This document shows positions 1 to 15,668 of a stretch of DNA of 64,000 bases, piece by piece; the first letter of the stretch is position 1, and each line of letters begins with the position of its first letter. The DNA is from Eledone cirrhosa. Lineage: Eukaryota. A program made the position numbers and the translations under genes. The notes beneath the pieces were generated by a model. It did no database searches and was not told the DNA's origin. It worked only from the letters and a program-made list of their open reading frames with translations. The stretch covers positions 5,952,001 to 6,016,000 of the forward strand of contig OZ024742.1 of the NCBI GenBank assembly GCA_964016885.1. The letters are read 5' to 3'.

Positions 1-3000
1 TGGAGGTGAGAGTACAGCCTGGCACAACTTCCATACTATATATTTAGATCTGGAGGTAGAAAAAGAGCCTGGCCCAACTACCATACTATATATTTAAATC
101 TAGAGGGGCAGAATAACCTGGAACAACTACCATACTATATATTTAGATCTGGAGAGGCAGAAAAGCCTGGCACAAGTACCATGCTATATATTTAGATCTG
201 GAGGGGCAGACCAGCTTGGCATAACTACTATACTATATTTTTATATATGGCGATGGAAGAACAATCTGGCACAACTACCATACTATATATTAGATCTGGA
301 GGGCCAGAACAGGCTGGCACAACTACCCTACTATATATTTAGATCTGGAGAGGCAGAACAGCCTACACAACTACCACACTATATATTTAGATCTGGAGGG
401 GCAGAACAGCTCAGCACAACTACCATACTATATATTAAGATCTGGAGGTGGGAGTACAGCCTGGCACAACTACCATACTATATATTTAGATCTGGAGGTT
501 GAAGAAGTGCCTGGCACAACTACCATACTATATATTTAGATCTGGAGTTGAGAGTACAGCCTGGCACAACTATCATACTATATATTTAGATCTGGTGGTG
601 GAAGAACAATCTGGCACAACTACCATACTATATATTTACATCTGGAAGGGAAGAACAGCCTGGCATAACTACCCTACTATATATTTAGATCTGGAGGGGC
701 AGAACAGCCTGGTACAACTACCACACTATATATTTAGATCTGGAGGGGCAGACCAACCTGGCACAACTACCATACTATACATTTAGATCTGGAGGGGTAG
801 AACAGCTTTGCACACCTACCATACTATGTATTTAGATCTGGAGGGGCAGAATAGTCTGGCACAACTACCATACTATATATTTATATCTGGTGGTGGAAGA
901 ACAATCTCGCACAACTACCATACTATATATTTAGATCTGAAAGCGGCAGAACGGCATGGCACAACTACCATACTATATATTTAGATCTGGTGGGGTAGAA
1001 CAGCTTGGCACAATTACCATACTATATATTTAGATCTGGAGGGGCAGAACAGTCTGGCACCACTACCATACTATATATTTAGATCTGGAGGGCCAGAAGA
1101 GCCTGGCACAACTACTATACTATTTATTTAGATCTGGAGGGGCAGAATAACCTGGCACAACTACCATACTATATATTTAGATCTGGAGGGGCAGACCAGC
1201 TTGGCATAACTACTATACTATATATTTATATATGGCGATGGAAGAACAATCTGGCACAACTACCATACTATATATTAGATCTGGAGGGGCAGAACAGGCT
1301 GGCACAACTACCCTACTATATATTTAGATCTGGAGAGGCAGAACAGCCTACACAACTACCACACTATATATTTAGATCTGGAGGGGCAGAACAGCTCAGC
1401 ACAACTACCATACTATATATTAAGATCTGGAGGTGGAAGAAGAGCCCGGCACAAATACCATACTATATATTTAGATCTGGAGTTGAGAGTACAGCCTGGC
1501 ACAACTACCATACTATATATTTAGATCTGAAGGTAGGAGAAGAGCCTGGCACAACTACCATACTATATATTTAAATCTAGAGGGGCAGAATAACCTGGCT
1601 CAACTACCATACTATATATTTAGATCTGGAGAGGCAGAACAGTCTGGCACAAGTACCATGCTATATATTTAGATCTGGAGGGGCAGAACAGCTTGGCACA
1701 ACTACCATAATATATATTTATATCTGGCGATGGAAGAACAATCTGGCAGAACTACCATACTATATATTTAGATCTGGAGCGGCAGAACAGCCTGGCACAA
1801 CTACCCTACTATATATTTAGATCTGGAGGGGCAGAACAGCCTGACACAACTACCACACTATATATTTAGATCTGGAGGGGCAGAACAACCTGGCACAACT
1901 ACCATACTATATATTTAGATCTGGAGATGGGAGTAAAGCCTGGCACAACTACCATACTATATATTTAGATGTGGAGGTTGAAAAAGAGCCTGGCACAACT
2001 ACCATACTATATATTTAGACCTGGAGGTGAAAGAAACGCCTGGCACAACTACCATACCATATATTTAAATCTGGAGGGGCAGAATAACCTGGCACAACTA
2101 CCGTACTATACATTTAGATATAGAGAGGTAGAACAGCTTGGCACAACTACCATACTATATATTTAGATCTGGAGGGGCAGAACAGTCTGGCGCAACTACT
2201 ATACTATATATTTAGATCCGGAGGGTCTGGACAGCCTGGCACAAATACCATACTATATATTTAGATCTGGAGGTAGAAGCAGAGCCTGGCACAACTACCA
2301 TACTATATATTTAGATCTGGAGGTGAGAGTACAGCCTGGCACAACTTCCATACTATATATTTAGATCTGGAGGTAGAAAAAGAGCCTGGCCCAACTACCA
2401 TACTATATATTTAAATCTAGAGGGGCAGAATAACCTGGAACAACTACCATACTATATATTTAGATCTGGAGAGGCAGAAAAGCCTGGCACAAGTACCATG
2501 CTATATATTTAGATCTGGAGGGGCAGACCAGCTTGGCATAACTACTATACTATATATTTATATATGGCGATGGAAGAACAATCTGGCACAACTACCATAC
2601 TATATATTAGATCTGGAGGGGCAGAACAGGCTGGCACAACTACCCTACTATATATTTAGATCTGGAGAGGCAGAACAGCCTACACAACTACCACACTATA
2701 TATTTAGATCTGGAGGGGCAGAACAGCTCAGCACAACTACCATACTATATATTAAGATCTGGAGGTGGAAGAAGAGCCCGGCACAAATACCATACTATAT
2801 ATTTAGATCTGGAGTTGAGAGTACAGCCTGGCACAACTACCATACTATATATTTAGATCTGAAGGTAGGAGAAGAGCCTGGCACAACTACCATACTATAT
2901 ATTTAAATCTAGAGGGGCAGAATAACCTGGAACAACTACCATACTATATATTTAGATCTGGAGAGGCAGAACAGCCTGGCACAAGTACCATGCTATATAT

Positions 3001-6000
3001 TTAGATCTGGAGGGGCAGAACAGCTTGGCACAACTACCATACTATATATTTATATCTGGCGATGGAAGAACAATCTGGCAGAACTACCATACTATATATT
3101 TAGATCTGGAGCGGCAGAACAGCCTGGCACAACTACCCTACTATATATTTAGATCTGGAGGGGCAGAACAGCCTGACACAACTACCACACTATATATTTA
3201 GATCTGGAGGGGCAGAACAACCTGGCACAACTACCATACTATATATTTAGATCTGGAGGGGTAGAACAGCTTGGCACAATTACCATACTATATATTTAGA
3301 TCTGGAGGGGCAGAACAACCTGGCACAACTACCCTACTATACATTTAGATCTGGAGGGGTAGAACAGCTTGGCACAATTACCATACTATATATTTAGAAC
3401 TGGAGGGTCAGAAGAGCCTGGCACAACTACCATACTATATATATAAATCTGGAAGGGCAGAACAGCTTGGCACAACTACCATACTATATATTTTGATCTG
3501 GAGGTGGAAGAAGAGCCTGGCACAACTACCATACTTTATATTTAGATCTGGAGGTGGGAGTACAGCCTGTCACAACTACCATACTATATATTTAGACATG
3601 GATGTGGAAGAAGCGCCTGGCATAACTTCCATACTATATATTTAGATCTGAAGGTGGGAGTACTGGAGGGGCAGAACAGCTTGGCACAACTACCATACTA
3701 TATATTTATATCTGGCGATGGAAGAACAATCTGGCAGAACTACCATACTATATATTTAGATCTGGAGCGGTAGAACAGCCTGGCACAACTACCCTACTAT
3801 ATATTTAGATCTGGAGGGGCAGAACAGCCTCACACAACTACCACACTATATATTTAGATCTGGAGGGGCAGAACAGCTTGGCACAACTACCATACTATAT
3901 ATTTAGATGTGGAGGTTGAAGAAGAGCCTGGCACAACTACCATACTATATATTTAGACCTGGAGGTGAAAGAAACGCCTGGCACAACTACCATACCATAT
4001 ATTTAAATCTGGAGGGGCAGAATAACGTGGCACAACTACCGTACTATACATTTAGATATAGAGAGGTAGAACAGCTTGGCACAACTACCATACTATATAT
4101 TTAGATCTGGAGGGGCAGAACAGTCTGGCGCAACTACTATACTATATATTTAGATCCGGAGGGTCTGGACAGCCTGGCACAAATACCATACTATATATTT
4201 AGATCTGGAGGTAGAAGCAGAGCCTGGCACAACTACCATACTATATATTTAGATCTGGAGGTGAGAGTACAGCCTGGCACAACTTCCATACTATATATTT
4301 AGATCTGGAGGTAGAAAAAGAGCCTGGCCCAACTACCATACTATATATTTAAATCTAGAGGGGCAGAATAACCTGGAACAACTACCATACTATATATTTA
4401 GATCTGGAGAGGCAGAAAAGCCTGGCACAAGTACCATGCTATATATTTAGATCTGGAGGGGCAGACCAGCTTGGCATAACTACTATACTATATATTTATA
4501 TATGGCGATGGAAGAACAATCTGGCACAACTACCATACTATATATTAGATCTGGAGGGGCAGAACAGGCTGGCACAACTACCCTACTATATATTTAGATC
4601 TGGAGAGGCAGAACAGCCTACACAACTACCACACTATATATTTAGATCTGGAGGGGCAGAACAGCTCAGCACAACTACCATGCTATATATTAAGATCTGG
4701 AGGTGGGAGTACAGCCTGGCACAACTACCATACTATATATTTAGATCTGGAGGTTGAAGAAGTGCCTGGCACAACTACCATACTATATATTTAGATCTGG
4801 AGTTGAGAGTACAGCCTGGCACAACTATCATACTATATATTTAGATCTGGTGGTGGAAGAACAATCTGGCACAACTACCATACTATATATTTACATCTGG
4901 AAGGGAAGAACAGCCTGGCACAACTACCCTACTATATATTTAGATCTGGAGGGGCAGAACAGCCTGGTACAACTACCACACTATATATTTAGATCTGGAG
5001 GGGCAGACCAACCTGGCACAACTACCATACTATACATTTAGATCTGGAGGGGTAGAACAGCTTTGCACACCTACCATACTATGTATTTAGATCTGGAGGG
5101 GCAGAATAGTCTGGCACAACTACCATACTATATATTTATATCTGGTGGTGGAAGAACAATCTCGCACAACTACCATACTATATATTTAGATCTGAAAGCG
5201 GCAGAACGGCATGGCACAACTACCATACTATATATTTAGATCTGGTGGGGTAGAACAGCTTGGCACAATTACCATACTATATATTTAGATCTGGAGGGGC
5301 AGAACAGTCTGGCACCACTACCATACTATATATTTAGATCTGGAGGGCCAGAAGAGCCTGGCACAACTACTAAACTATTTATTTAGATCTGGAGGGGCAG
5401 AATAACCTGGCACAACTACCATACTATATATTTAGATCTGGAGGGGCAGAACTACCTGGCACATCTACCATACTATGTATTTAGATCTGGAGGGGCAGAA
5501 CAGCCTGCACAACTACCATACTATATATTTAGATCTGGAGGGGCAGAACAGCCTGGCACAAGTACTATACTATATATTTAGATCTGGAGGGGCAGAACAG
5601 CTTGGCAAAATTACAATACTATATATTCAGATCTGGCGGTGGAAGAATAACATGGCACAACTACCATACTATATATTTAGATCTGGAAAGGCAGAACAGC
5701 TTGTTACAACTACAATACTATATATTTAGATCTGGCGGTGGAAGAACAGCCTGGCACACTACCATACTATATATTTAGATCTGGAGGGGCAGAATATCCT
5801 GGCATAACTCCCATACAATATATTTAGATCTGGAGGGGCAGAACAGCCTGGCACAACTACCATACTATACATTTAGATCTGGAGGCAAGAACAACCCGGC
5901 ACAACTACTACACTATACATTTAGATCTGGAGGGGTAGAACAGCTTTGCACAACTAACATACTATATATTTAGATCTGGAGGGGCAGAACAGTCTGGCGC

Positions 6001-7736
6001 AACTACTATACTATATATTTAGATCTGGAGCGGCAGAACAGCATGGCACAACTCCCATACTATATATTTAGATCTGGAGGTTGAAGAAGAGCCTGTCACA
6101 ACTACCATACTATATATTTGGATCTGGAGGTGAGAGTACAGCCTGGCACAACTACCATAATATATATTTAGATCTGAAAGGGGCAGAACAGCATGTCACA
6201 ACTACCATACTATATATTTAGATCTGGAGGGGCAGAACAGCCTAACACAACTACCATACTATATATTTAGATCTGGAGGGGCAGAACAGCATGGCACAAG
6301 TACCATATTATATATTTAGATCTGGAGGCGCAGAAGAGCCTGGCACAACTACCATACTATATATTTAGATCTGGAGGGGCAGAACAGCCTGGCACAACTA
6401 CCACACTATATATTTAGATCTGGAGGGGCAGAAGAGCTTGGCACAACTACCATACTATATATTTATATCTGGCAGTGGAAGAAAAATCTGGCACAACTAC
6501 CATACTATATATTTAGATCTGGAGGGGCAGACCAACCTGGCACAACTACCATACTATACATTTAGATCTGGAGGGCTAGAACAGCTTTGCACACCTACCA
6601 TACTATATATTTAGATCTGGAGGGGCAGAACAGTCTAGCACAACTACCATAATATATATTTAGATCTGAAAGGGCAGAACAGCATGGCACAACTACCATA
6701 CTCTATATTTAGAATCTGGAGGGGCAGAAGAGCCTGGCACAACTACCATACTATATATTTAGACCTGGATGGGCAGAACAACCTGGCACAACTACCATAC
6801 GATATATTCAGATCTAGAGGGGCAGAACAGCCTGGCACAAGTACCATACTATATATTTAAATCTGGAGGGGCAGAACAACTTGGCACAACTACAACACTA
6901 TATATTTAGATCTGGCGGTGGAAGAACAACATGGCACAACTACCATACTATATATTTAGATCTGGAGGGGCAGAACAGCTTGGCACAACTACAATACTAT
7001 ATATTTAGATCTGTCGGTGGAAGAACAGCCTGGCACACTACCATACTATATATTTAGATTTGGTGGGGCAGGATAACCTGGCATAACTACCATACTATAT
7101 ATTTAGATCTGGAGGGGCAGAACAGCCTGGCACAACTACCATACTATACATTTAGATCTGGAGGGCAGAACAACCTGGCACAACTATCACACTATACATT
7201 TAGATCTGGAGGGGAAGAACAGCTTTGCACAACTAACATACTATATATTTAGATCTGGAGGGGCAGAACAGTCTGGCGCAACTACTATACTATATATTTA
7301 AATCTGGAGGGGCAGAACAGCTTGGCACAACTCCCATACTATATATTTAGATCTGTAGGGGCAGAAGAGCCTGGCACAACTACCATACTATATATTTAGA
7401 TCTGGAGGGGTAGAACAGCTTGGCACAATTACCATACTATATATTTTGATCTGGAGGGGCAGAACAGTCTGGCACCACTACCATACTATATATTTAAAAC
7501 TGGAGGGGCAGAAGAGCCTATCACAACTACCATACTATATATTTAAATCTGGAGGTGGGAGTACAGCCTGGCACAACTACCATACTATATATATAGATCT
7601 GGAGGGGAAGAACAGTCTAGCACAACTACCATATTATATATTTACATCTGGAGGGGTAGAACAACCTGGCACAAGTACCATACTATATATTTAGATCTGG
7701 AAGTGCAGAACAGCTTGGCACAACTACCATACTATA

Positions 7737-8289
7737 TGTAGTGACCTACATTCTGCGGGCTCACATACATTCTCTGTGCGTGATTTGGCTCAGTTCAGCC
7801 AATCAGCGCCAGTAGAAGAGGATGTATCCCTACGCGCCCCGAGGAAGAAATTCACCTCGAAGATTTGAAGAATCTCGCTCTTGTACCAGAAACTTCGAGC
7901 CAGCAACACGCATAATGTAACAGTGAGATATTGCACCACTAGCCTCGCCGGCTTAACGGCGCAATGGCACATTCCCTAATGTAACCTCTTTTTATCTGTA
8001 ACTTCAACCATATAAATAAACAAACATTTCATCTCTAATTGCTGCGGTTGAAGTCGTTATTATGTTACTCGTGTCTCAATGACATCTTTAATCCATGCTG
8101 CTGGAATTGGCGACCTGACGAAAGGAATATTGTAAATAGATGGTAAAAAGATCGAGGGACCTTCCCTCACGTCTATGTCAACAAGATAATCCAACGAGGA
8201 TACTATCACTTACCACACTGGCAACTAACGACCACTGATTCTACCACCCTGCTAATGTGGCGATAACATCTATAACTAATACTGCTAAA
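7737..8289 (+). mobile_element. Solo-LTR-like insertion, copy 1 (553 bp)
   Basis: Unique sequence splits a satellite unit: CATAC-TATA|TGTAGTGACC...CTGCTAAA|TATATATTTAG, giving a 4-bp TATA TSD. It starts with TG and the end resembles a mutated ...CTACA. CCAAT at 7799 and TATAAATAAA at 8011-8020. No coding domain. Strand inferred from AATAAA. Confidence 0.7.
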
Positions 8290-11200
8290 TATATATTTAG
8301 ATCTGGTGGGGGCAGAACAGTCTGGCACAACTACCATACTATATATTTAGATCTGGAGGAGCAGAAGGGCCTGGCAGAACTACCATACTATATATTTAGA
8401 TCTGGAGGGGCACAAGAGCCTGGCATAACTACCATACTATATATTTAGATGTGGAGGGGCAGAACAACCTGGCACAATTACCATACTATATATTTTGATC
8501 TGGAGGGGCAGAACAATATAACACAACTACCATACTATATATTTAGATCTGGAGAGGCAGAACAGCCTGCAACAAGTACCATACTATATATTTAGATCTG
8601 GAGGGGCAGAACAGTCTGGCACCACTACCATACTATATATTTAGATCTGGAGGGGCAGAAGAGCCTGGCACAATTACCATACTATTTATTATAATCTGGA
8701 GGGGCAGAATAACCTGCCACAACTACCATACTATATATTTAGATCTGGAGGGGCAGAAGAGCCTGGCACAACTACCATACTATATATTTAGATCTGGAGG
8801 GGCAGAACAGCCTGGCACAACTACCATACGCTATATTTAGTTCTGGAGGGGCAGAACAGCCTGGCACAACTACCATACTATATATTTAGATCTGGAGGGG
8901 CCGAACAGCCTGGCACAAGTAACATACTATATATTTAGATCTGCAGGGGCAGAACAGCTTGGCACAACTACAATACTATGTACTTAGATCTGGCGATGGA
9001 AGAACAAACTGGCACAACTACCATTCTATATATTTAGATCTGGAGGGGCAGAACAGCCTGGCACAACTACCCTACTATATAATTAGATCTGGGGGGCAGA
9101 ACAGCCTGGCACAACTACCACACTATATATTTAGATCTGGAGGGGCAGAACAACCTGGCACAACTACCATACTATACATTCAGATCTGGAGGGGTAGAAC
9201 AGCTTGGCACAACTACAATACTATATATTTAGATCTGGAGGGGCAGAACAGTCTGGCACAACTACCATACTATATATTTAGCTCTGGAGGGGCAGAACAG
9301 CCTGGCACAACTGCCCTACTATATATTTAGATCTGGGGGGCAGAACAGCTTTGCACAACTACCATGCTATATATTTAGATCTGGAGGGGCAGAACAGTCT
9401 GGCACAACTACCATACTATATATTTAGATCTGAAAGGGGCAGAACAGCATAGCACAACTACCATACTATATATTTAGATCTGTAGGGGCAGAAGAGCCTG
9501 GCACAATTACCATACTATATATTTAGATCTGGAGGGGTAGTATAGCTTGGCACAAATACCATACTATATATTTAGATCTGGAGGTGCAGAACAGTCTGGC
9601 ACCACTACCATACTATATATTTAGATCTGGAGGGGCAGAAGAGCCTGGCACAATTGCCATACTATTTATTTAAATCTGGAGGGGCAGAGTAACCTGGCAC
9701 AACTACCATACTATATATTTAGATCTGGAGGGGCAGAACAACATGGGACAACTACCATACGATATATTTAGATCTGGAGGGGCAGAACAGCCTGGCACAA
9801 CTACCATACTATATATTTAGATCTGGAGGGGCAGAACAGCCTGGCACAAGTACCATACTATATATTTAGATCTGGAGGGGCAGAACATCTTGGCACAACT
9901 ACCATACTATATATTTAGATCTGGAGGGGCAGAACAGCCTGGCACATGTACCATACTATATAGTGTGATCTGGAGGGGCAGAAAAGTCTGGCACCACTAC
10001 CATACTATATATTTAAATCTGGAGGGGCAGAAGAGCCTGGCACAACTACCATACTATATATTTAAATCTGGAAGGGCAGAACAGCTTGGCACAACTACCA
10101 TACTATATATTTAGATCTGGAGGTGGGAGTACAGCCTGGCACAACTACCATAATCTCTATTTAAATATGGAGGTGGAAGAAGAGCCTGGCAAAACTACCA
10201 TACTATATATTTAGATCTGGAGGGGAAGAACAGCCTAGCACAAATACCTTATTATATATTTAGATCTGGAGGGGTAGAACAACCTGGCACAACTACAATA
10301 CTATATATTTAGATCTGGGGGTGGAAGAACAACCTGGCACAACTACCATACTATATATTTAGATATGGAGGAGCAGAACAGCCTGGCACAACTACCCTAC
10401 TATATATTTAGATCTGGGGGGCAGAACAGCCTGGAACAACTACCACATTATATATTTAGATCTGGAGGGGTAGAACAACCTGGCACAACTACCATACTAT
10501 ACATTCAGATCTGGAGGGGTAGAACAGCTTGGTACAACTACCATATTATATATTTAGATCTGGAGGGTCAGAACAGTCTGGCACAACTACCATACTATAT
10601 ATTTAGATCTGGAGGGGCAGAACAGCCTGGCACAAGTACCATACTATATATTTAGATCTGGAGGGGCAGAACATCTTGGCACAACTACCATACTATATAT
10701 TTAGATCTGGAGGGGCAGAACAGCCTGGCACATGTACCATACTATATAGTGTGATCTGGAGGGGTAGAACAGCTTGGCACAACTACCATACTATATATTT
10801 AGATCTGGAGGGGCAGAACAGTCTGGCACAACTACCATACTATATATTTAGATCTGGAGGGGTAGAACAGCCTGGCACAACTACCCTACTATATATTTAG
10901 ATCTGGGGGGATGAACAGCCTGGCACAACTACCACACTATATATTTAGATCTGGAGGGGCAGAACAACCTGGCACAACTACCATACTATACATTCAGATC
11001 TGGAGGGGTAGAACAGCTTGGTACAACTACCATATTATATATTTAGATCTGGAGGGTCAGAACAGTCTGGCACAACTACCATACTATATATTTAGATCTC
11101 TAAGGTGCAGAACGGTCTGGCACCACTACCATACTATATATTTAGATCTGGATGGGCAGAAGAGCCTGGCACAATTACCATACTATTTATTTAAATCTGC

Positions 11201-14200
11201 AGGGGCAGAATATCCTGGCACCCCTACCATACTATATATTTAGATCTGGAGGGGCAGAACAACCTGGCACAACTGCCATACGATATATTTAGATCTGGAG
11301 GGGCAGAACAGCCTGGCACAACTACCATACTATATATTTAGATCTGGAGGGGCAGAACAGCCTGGCACAAGTACCATACTATATATTTAGATCTGGAGGG
11401 GCAGAACAGCCTGGCACAACTACCATAGTATATATTTAGATCTGGAGGGGCAGAACAGCCTGGCACAACTACCATACTATATATTTAGATCTGGAGGGGC
11501 AGAACAGCCTGGCACAACTACCATAGTATATATTTAGATCTGGAGGGGCAGAACAGCCTAACACAACTACCATACTATATATTTAGATCTGGAGGGGCAG
11601 AACAGCCTGGCACAAGTACCATACTATATATTTAGATCTTGAGGAGCAGAACATTCTGGCACAACTAACATACTATATATTTAGATCTGAAGGGGCAGAA
11701 GAGCCTGGCGTAACTACCGTACAATATATTTAGATGTAGAGGGGCAGAACAACCTGACACAATTACCACACTATATATTTAGATCTGGAGGGGCAGAACA
11801 GCATAACACAACTACCATACTATATATTTAGATCTGGAGGGGCTGAACAACCTGGCACAACTACAATACTATACATTCAGATCTGGAGGGGTAGAACAGC
11901 TTGGCACAACTACCATACTATATATTTAGATCTGTCGGTGGAAGGACATTCTGGCACAACTACCATACTATATATTTAGATCTGGAGGGGCAGAACAGCC
12001 TGGCACAACTACCACACTATATATTTAGATCTATAGGGGTAGAAGAGCCTGGCACAATTACCATACTATATATTTAGATCTGGAGGGGTAGAACAGCTTG
12101 GCACAAATACCATACTATATATTTAGATCTGGAGGGGCAGAACAGCCTGGCACATGTACCATACTATATAGTGTGATCTGGAGGGGTAGAACAGCTTGGC
12201 ACAACTACCATACTATATATTTAGATCTGGAGGGGCAGAACAGTCTGGCACAACTACCATACTATATATTTAGATCTGGAGGGGTAGAACAGCCTGGCAC
12301 AACTACCCTACTATATATTTAGATCTGGGGGGATGAACAGCCTGGCACAACTACCACACTATATATTTAGATCTGGAGGGGCAGAACAACCTGGCACAAC
12401 TACCATACTATACATTCAGATCTGGAGGGATAGAACAGCTTGGTACAACTACCATATTATATATTTAGATCTGGAGGGTCAGAACAGTCTGGCACAACTA
12501 CCATACTATATATTTAGATCTGTAAGGTGCAGAACGGTCTGGCACCACTACCATACTATATATTTAGATCTGGATGGGCAGAAGAGCCTGGCACAATTAC
12601 CATACTATTTATTTAAATCTGGAGGGGCAGAATATCCTGGCACCCCTACCATACTATATATTTAGATCTGGAGGGGCAGAACAACCTGGCACAACTGCCA
12701 TACGATATATGTAGATCTGGAGGGGCAGAACAGCCTGGCACAACTACCATAGTATATATTTAGATCTGGAGGGGCAGAACAGCCTAACACAACTACCATA
12801 CTATATATTTAGATCTGGAGGGACAGAACAGCCTGGCACAAGTACCATACTATATATTTAGATCTTGAGGAGCAGAACATTCTGGCACAACTAACATACT
12901 ATATATTTAGATCTGAAGGGGCAGAAGAGCCTGGCGTAACTACCGTACAATATATTTAGATGTAGAGGGGCAGAACAACCTGACACAATTACCACACTAT
13001 ATATTTAGATCTGGAGGGGCAGAACAACATAACACAACTACCATACTATATATTTAGATCTGGAGGGGCTGAACAACCTGGCACAACTACAATACTATAG
13101 ATTCAGATCTGGAGGGGTAGAACAGCTTGGCACAACTACCATACTATATATTTAGATCTGTCGGTGGAAGGACATTCTGGCACAACTACCATACTATTTA
13201 TTTAGATCTGGAGGGGTAGAACAGCCTGGCACAACTACCACACTATATATTTAGATCTGTAGGGGTAGAAGAGCCTGGCACAATTACCATACTATATATT
13301 TAGATCTGGAGGGGTAGAACAGCTTGGCACAAATACCATACTATATATTTAGATCTGGAGGGGCATAACAGTCTGGTACCACTTCCATACTATATATTTA
13401 CATCTGGAGGGGAGAATAGCCTGGCACAACTACCATACTATTTACTTAAATCTGGAGGGGCAGAATAACCTGGCACAACTATCATACTATATATTTAGAT
13501 CTGGAGGGGCAGAAGAGCCTGGCACAACTACCATACTATTTATTTAGAATTGGAGGGGCAGAACAACCTGTCACAACTACCATACGATATATTTAGACCT
13601 CGAGGGGCAGAACAGCCTGGCACAACTACCATAACATATATTTAGATCTGGAGGGGCAGAACAGCCTGGCACAAGTAGCATACTATATATTTAGATCTGG
13701 AGGGGCAGAACAGCTTGGCACAACTACAATACTATATATTTAGATCTGGCGGTGGGAGAACAACATGGCACAACTACCATACTATATATTTAGATCTGGA
13801 GGGGCAGAACAGTTTGGCACAACTACAATACTATATATTTAGATCTGGAGGGGTAGAACAGCTTGGCACAACTAACATACTATATATTTAGATCTGGATA
13901 GGCAGAACAGTCTGGCACCACTACTATACTATATATTTAGATCTGGTGGGGCAGAAGAGCCTTGCACAACTACCATACTATATATTTAAATCTGGAGGGG
14001 CAGAACAGCTTGGCACAACTACCATACTATATATTTAGACTTGGAGGTGGGAGTACAGCCTGGCACAACTACCATACTTTATATTTAGATCTGGAGGTGG
14101 AAGAAGAGCCTGGCACAACTACCATACTATATATTTAGATCTGGAGGGTAGAACAGCTTGGCACAATTACCATACTATATATTTAAATCTGGAGGGGCAG

Positions 14201-15668
14201 AACAGTCTGGCACCACTACCATACTATATATTCAGATCTGGAGGGGCAGAAGAGCCTGGTACAACTACCATACTATATATTTAAATCTGGAGGGGCAGAA
14301 CAGCTTGGCACAACTACCATACTATATATTTAGACTTGGAGGTGGGAGTACAGCTTGGCACAACTACCCTACTATATATTTAGATCTGGAGGTGGGAGTA
14401 CAGCCTGGCACAACTACCATACTATATATTTAGATTTGGAGGGGTAGAACAACCTGGCACAATTACCATACTATATATTTAGATCTGGGGGGGGGGGGGG
14501 GCAGAACAGCCTGGCACAACCACCATACTATATATTTAGATCTGGAGGGATAGAACAGCTTGGCACAACTACCATACTATATATTTAGATCTGGAGGTGG
14601 GAGTACAGCCTGGCACAACTACCATACTATATATTTAGATTTGGAGGGGTACAACAACCTGGCACAATTACCATACTATATATTTAGATCGGGGGGGGGG
14701 GCACAACAGCGGGGCACAACTACCATACGATATATTTAGATCTGGAGGTGGAAGAAGAGCCTGCCACAACTACCATACTATATATTTAGATCTGTAGGGG
14801 AAGAACAGCCTGGCACAACTACCATATTATATATTTAGATCTGGAGGGGTAGAACATCCTGGCGCAAGTACCATACTATATATTTAGATCTGGAGGGGCA
14901 GAACAGCTTGGCACAACTACCATACTATATATTTAGATCTGGCGGTGGAGGAAGAGCCTGGCACAACTACCATACTATATATTTAGATCTGGAGGTGGGA
15001 GTACAGCCTGGCACAACTACCATACTATATATTTAGATCTGGAGGTGGAAGAACAGCCTGGCACAACTACCATACTATATATTTAGATCTGGAGGGGCAG
15101 AAGAGCCTGGCACAACTACCATACTATATATTTAGATGTGGAGGGGCAGAACAGCCTGGCATAACTACCATACTATATATTTAGATCTGGAGGGGCAGAA
15201 GAGCCTGGCACCACTACCATACTATATATTTAGATCTGGAGGGGCAGAACAGCTTGGCACAACTCCCATACTATATATTTAGATCTGTAGGGGCAGAAGA
15301 GCCTGGCACAACTACCATACTATATATTTAGATCTGGAGGGGTAGAACAGCTTGGCACAATTACCATACTATATATTTTGATCTGGAGGGGCAGAACAGT
15401 CTGGCACCACTACCATACTATATATTTAAAACTGGAGGGGCAGAAGAGCCTATCACAACTACCATACTATATATTTAAATCTGGAGGTGGGAGTACAGCC
15501 TGGCACAACTACCATACTATATATATAGATCTGGAGGGGAAGAACAGTCTAGCACAACTACCATATTATATATTTACATCTGGAGGGGTAGAACAACCTG
15601 GCACAAGTACCATACTATATATATAGATCTGGAAGTGCAGAACAGCTTGGCACAACTACCATACAATA

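Noticed and set aside
7790-7972. 60-aa minus-strand ORF in the insertion (and its copy at 15722-15904)
   Set aside because: Short and with no recognisable motif; identity between copies reflects recent duplication.
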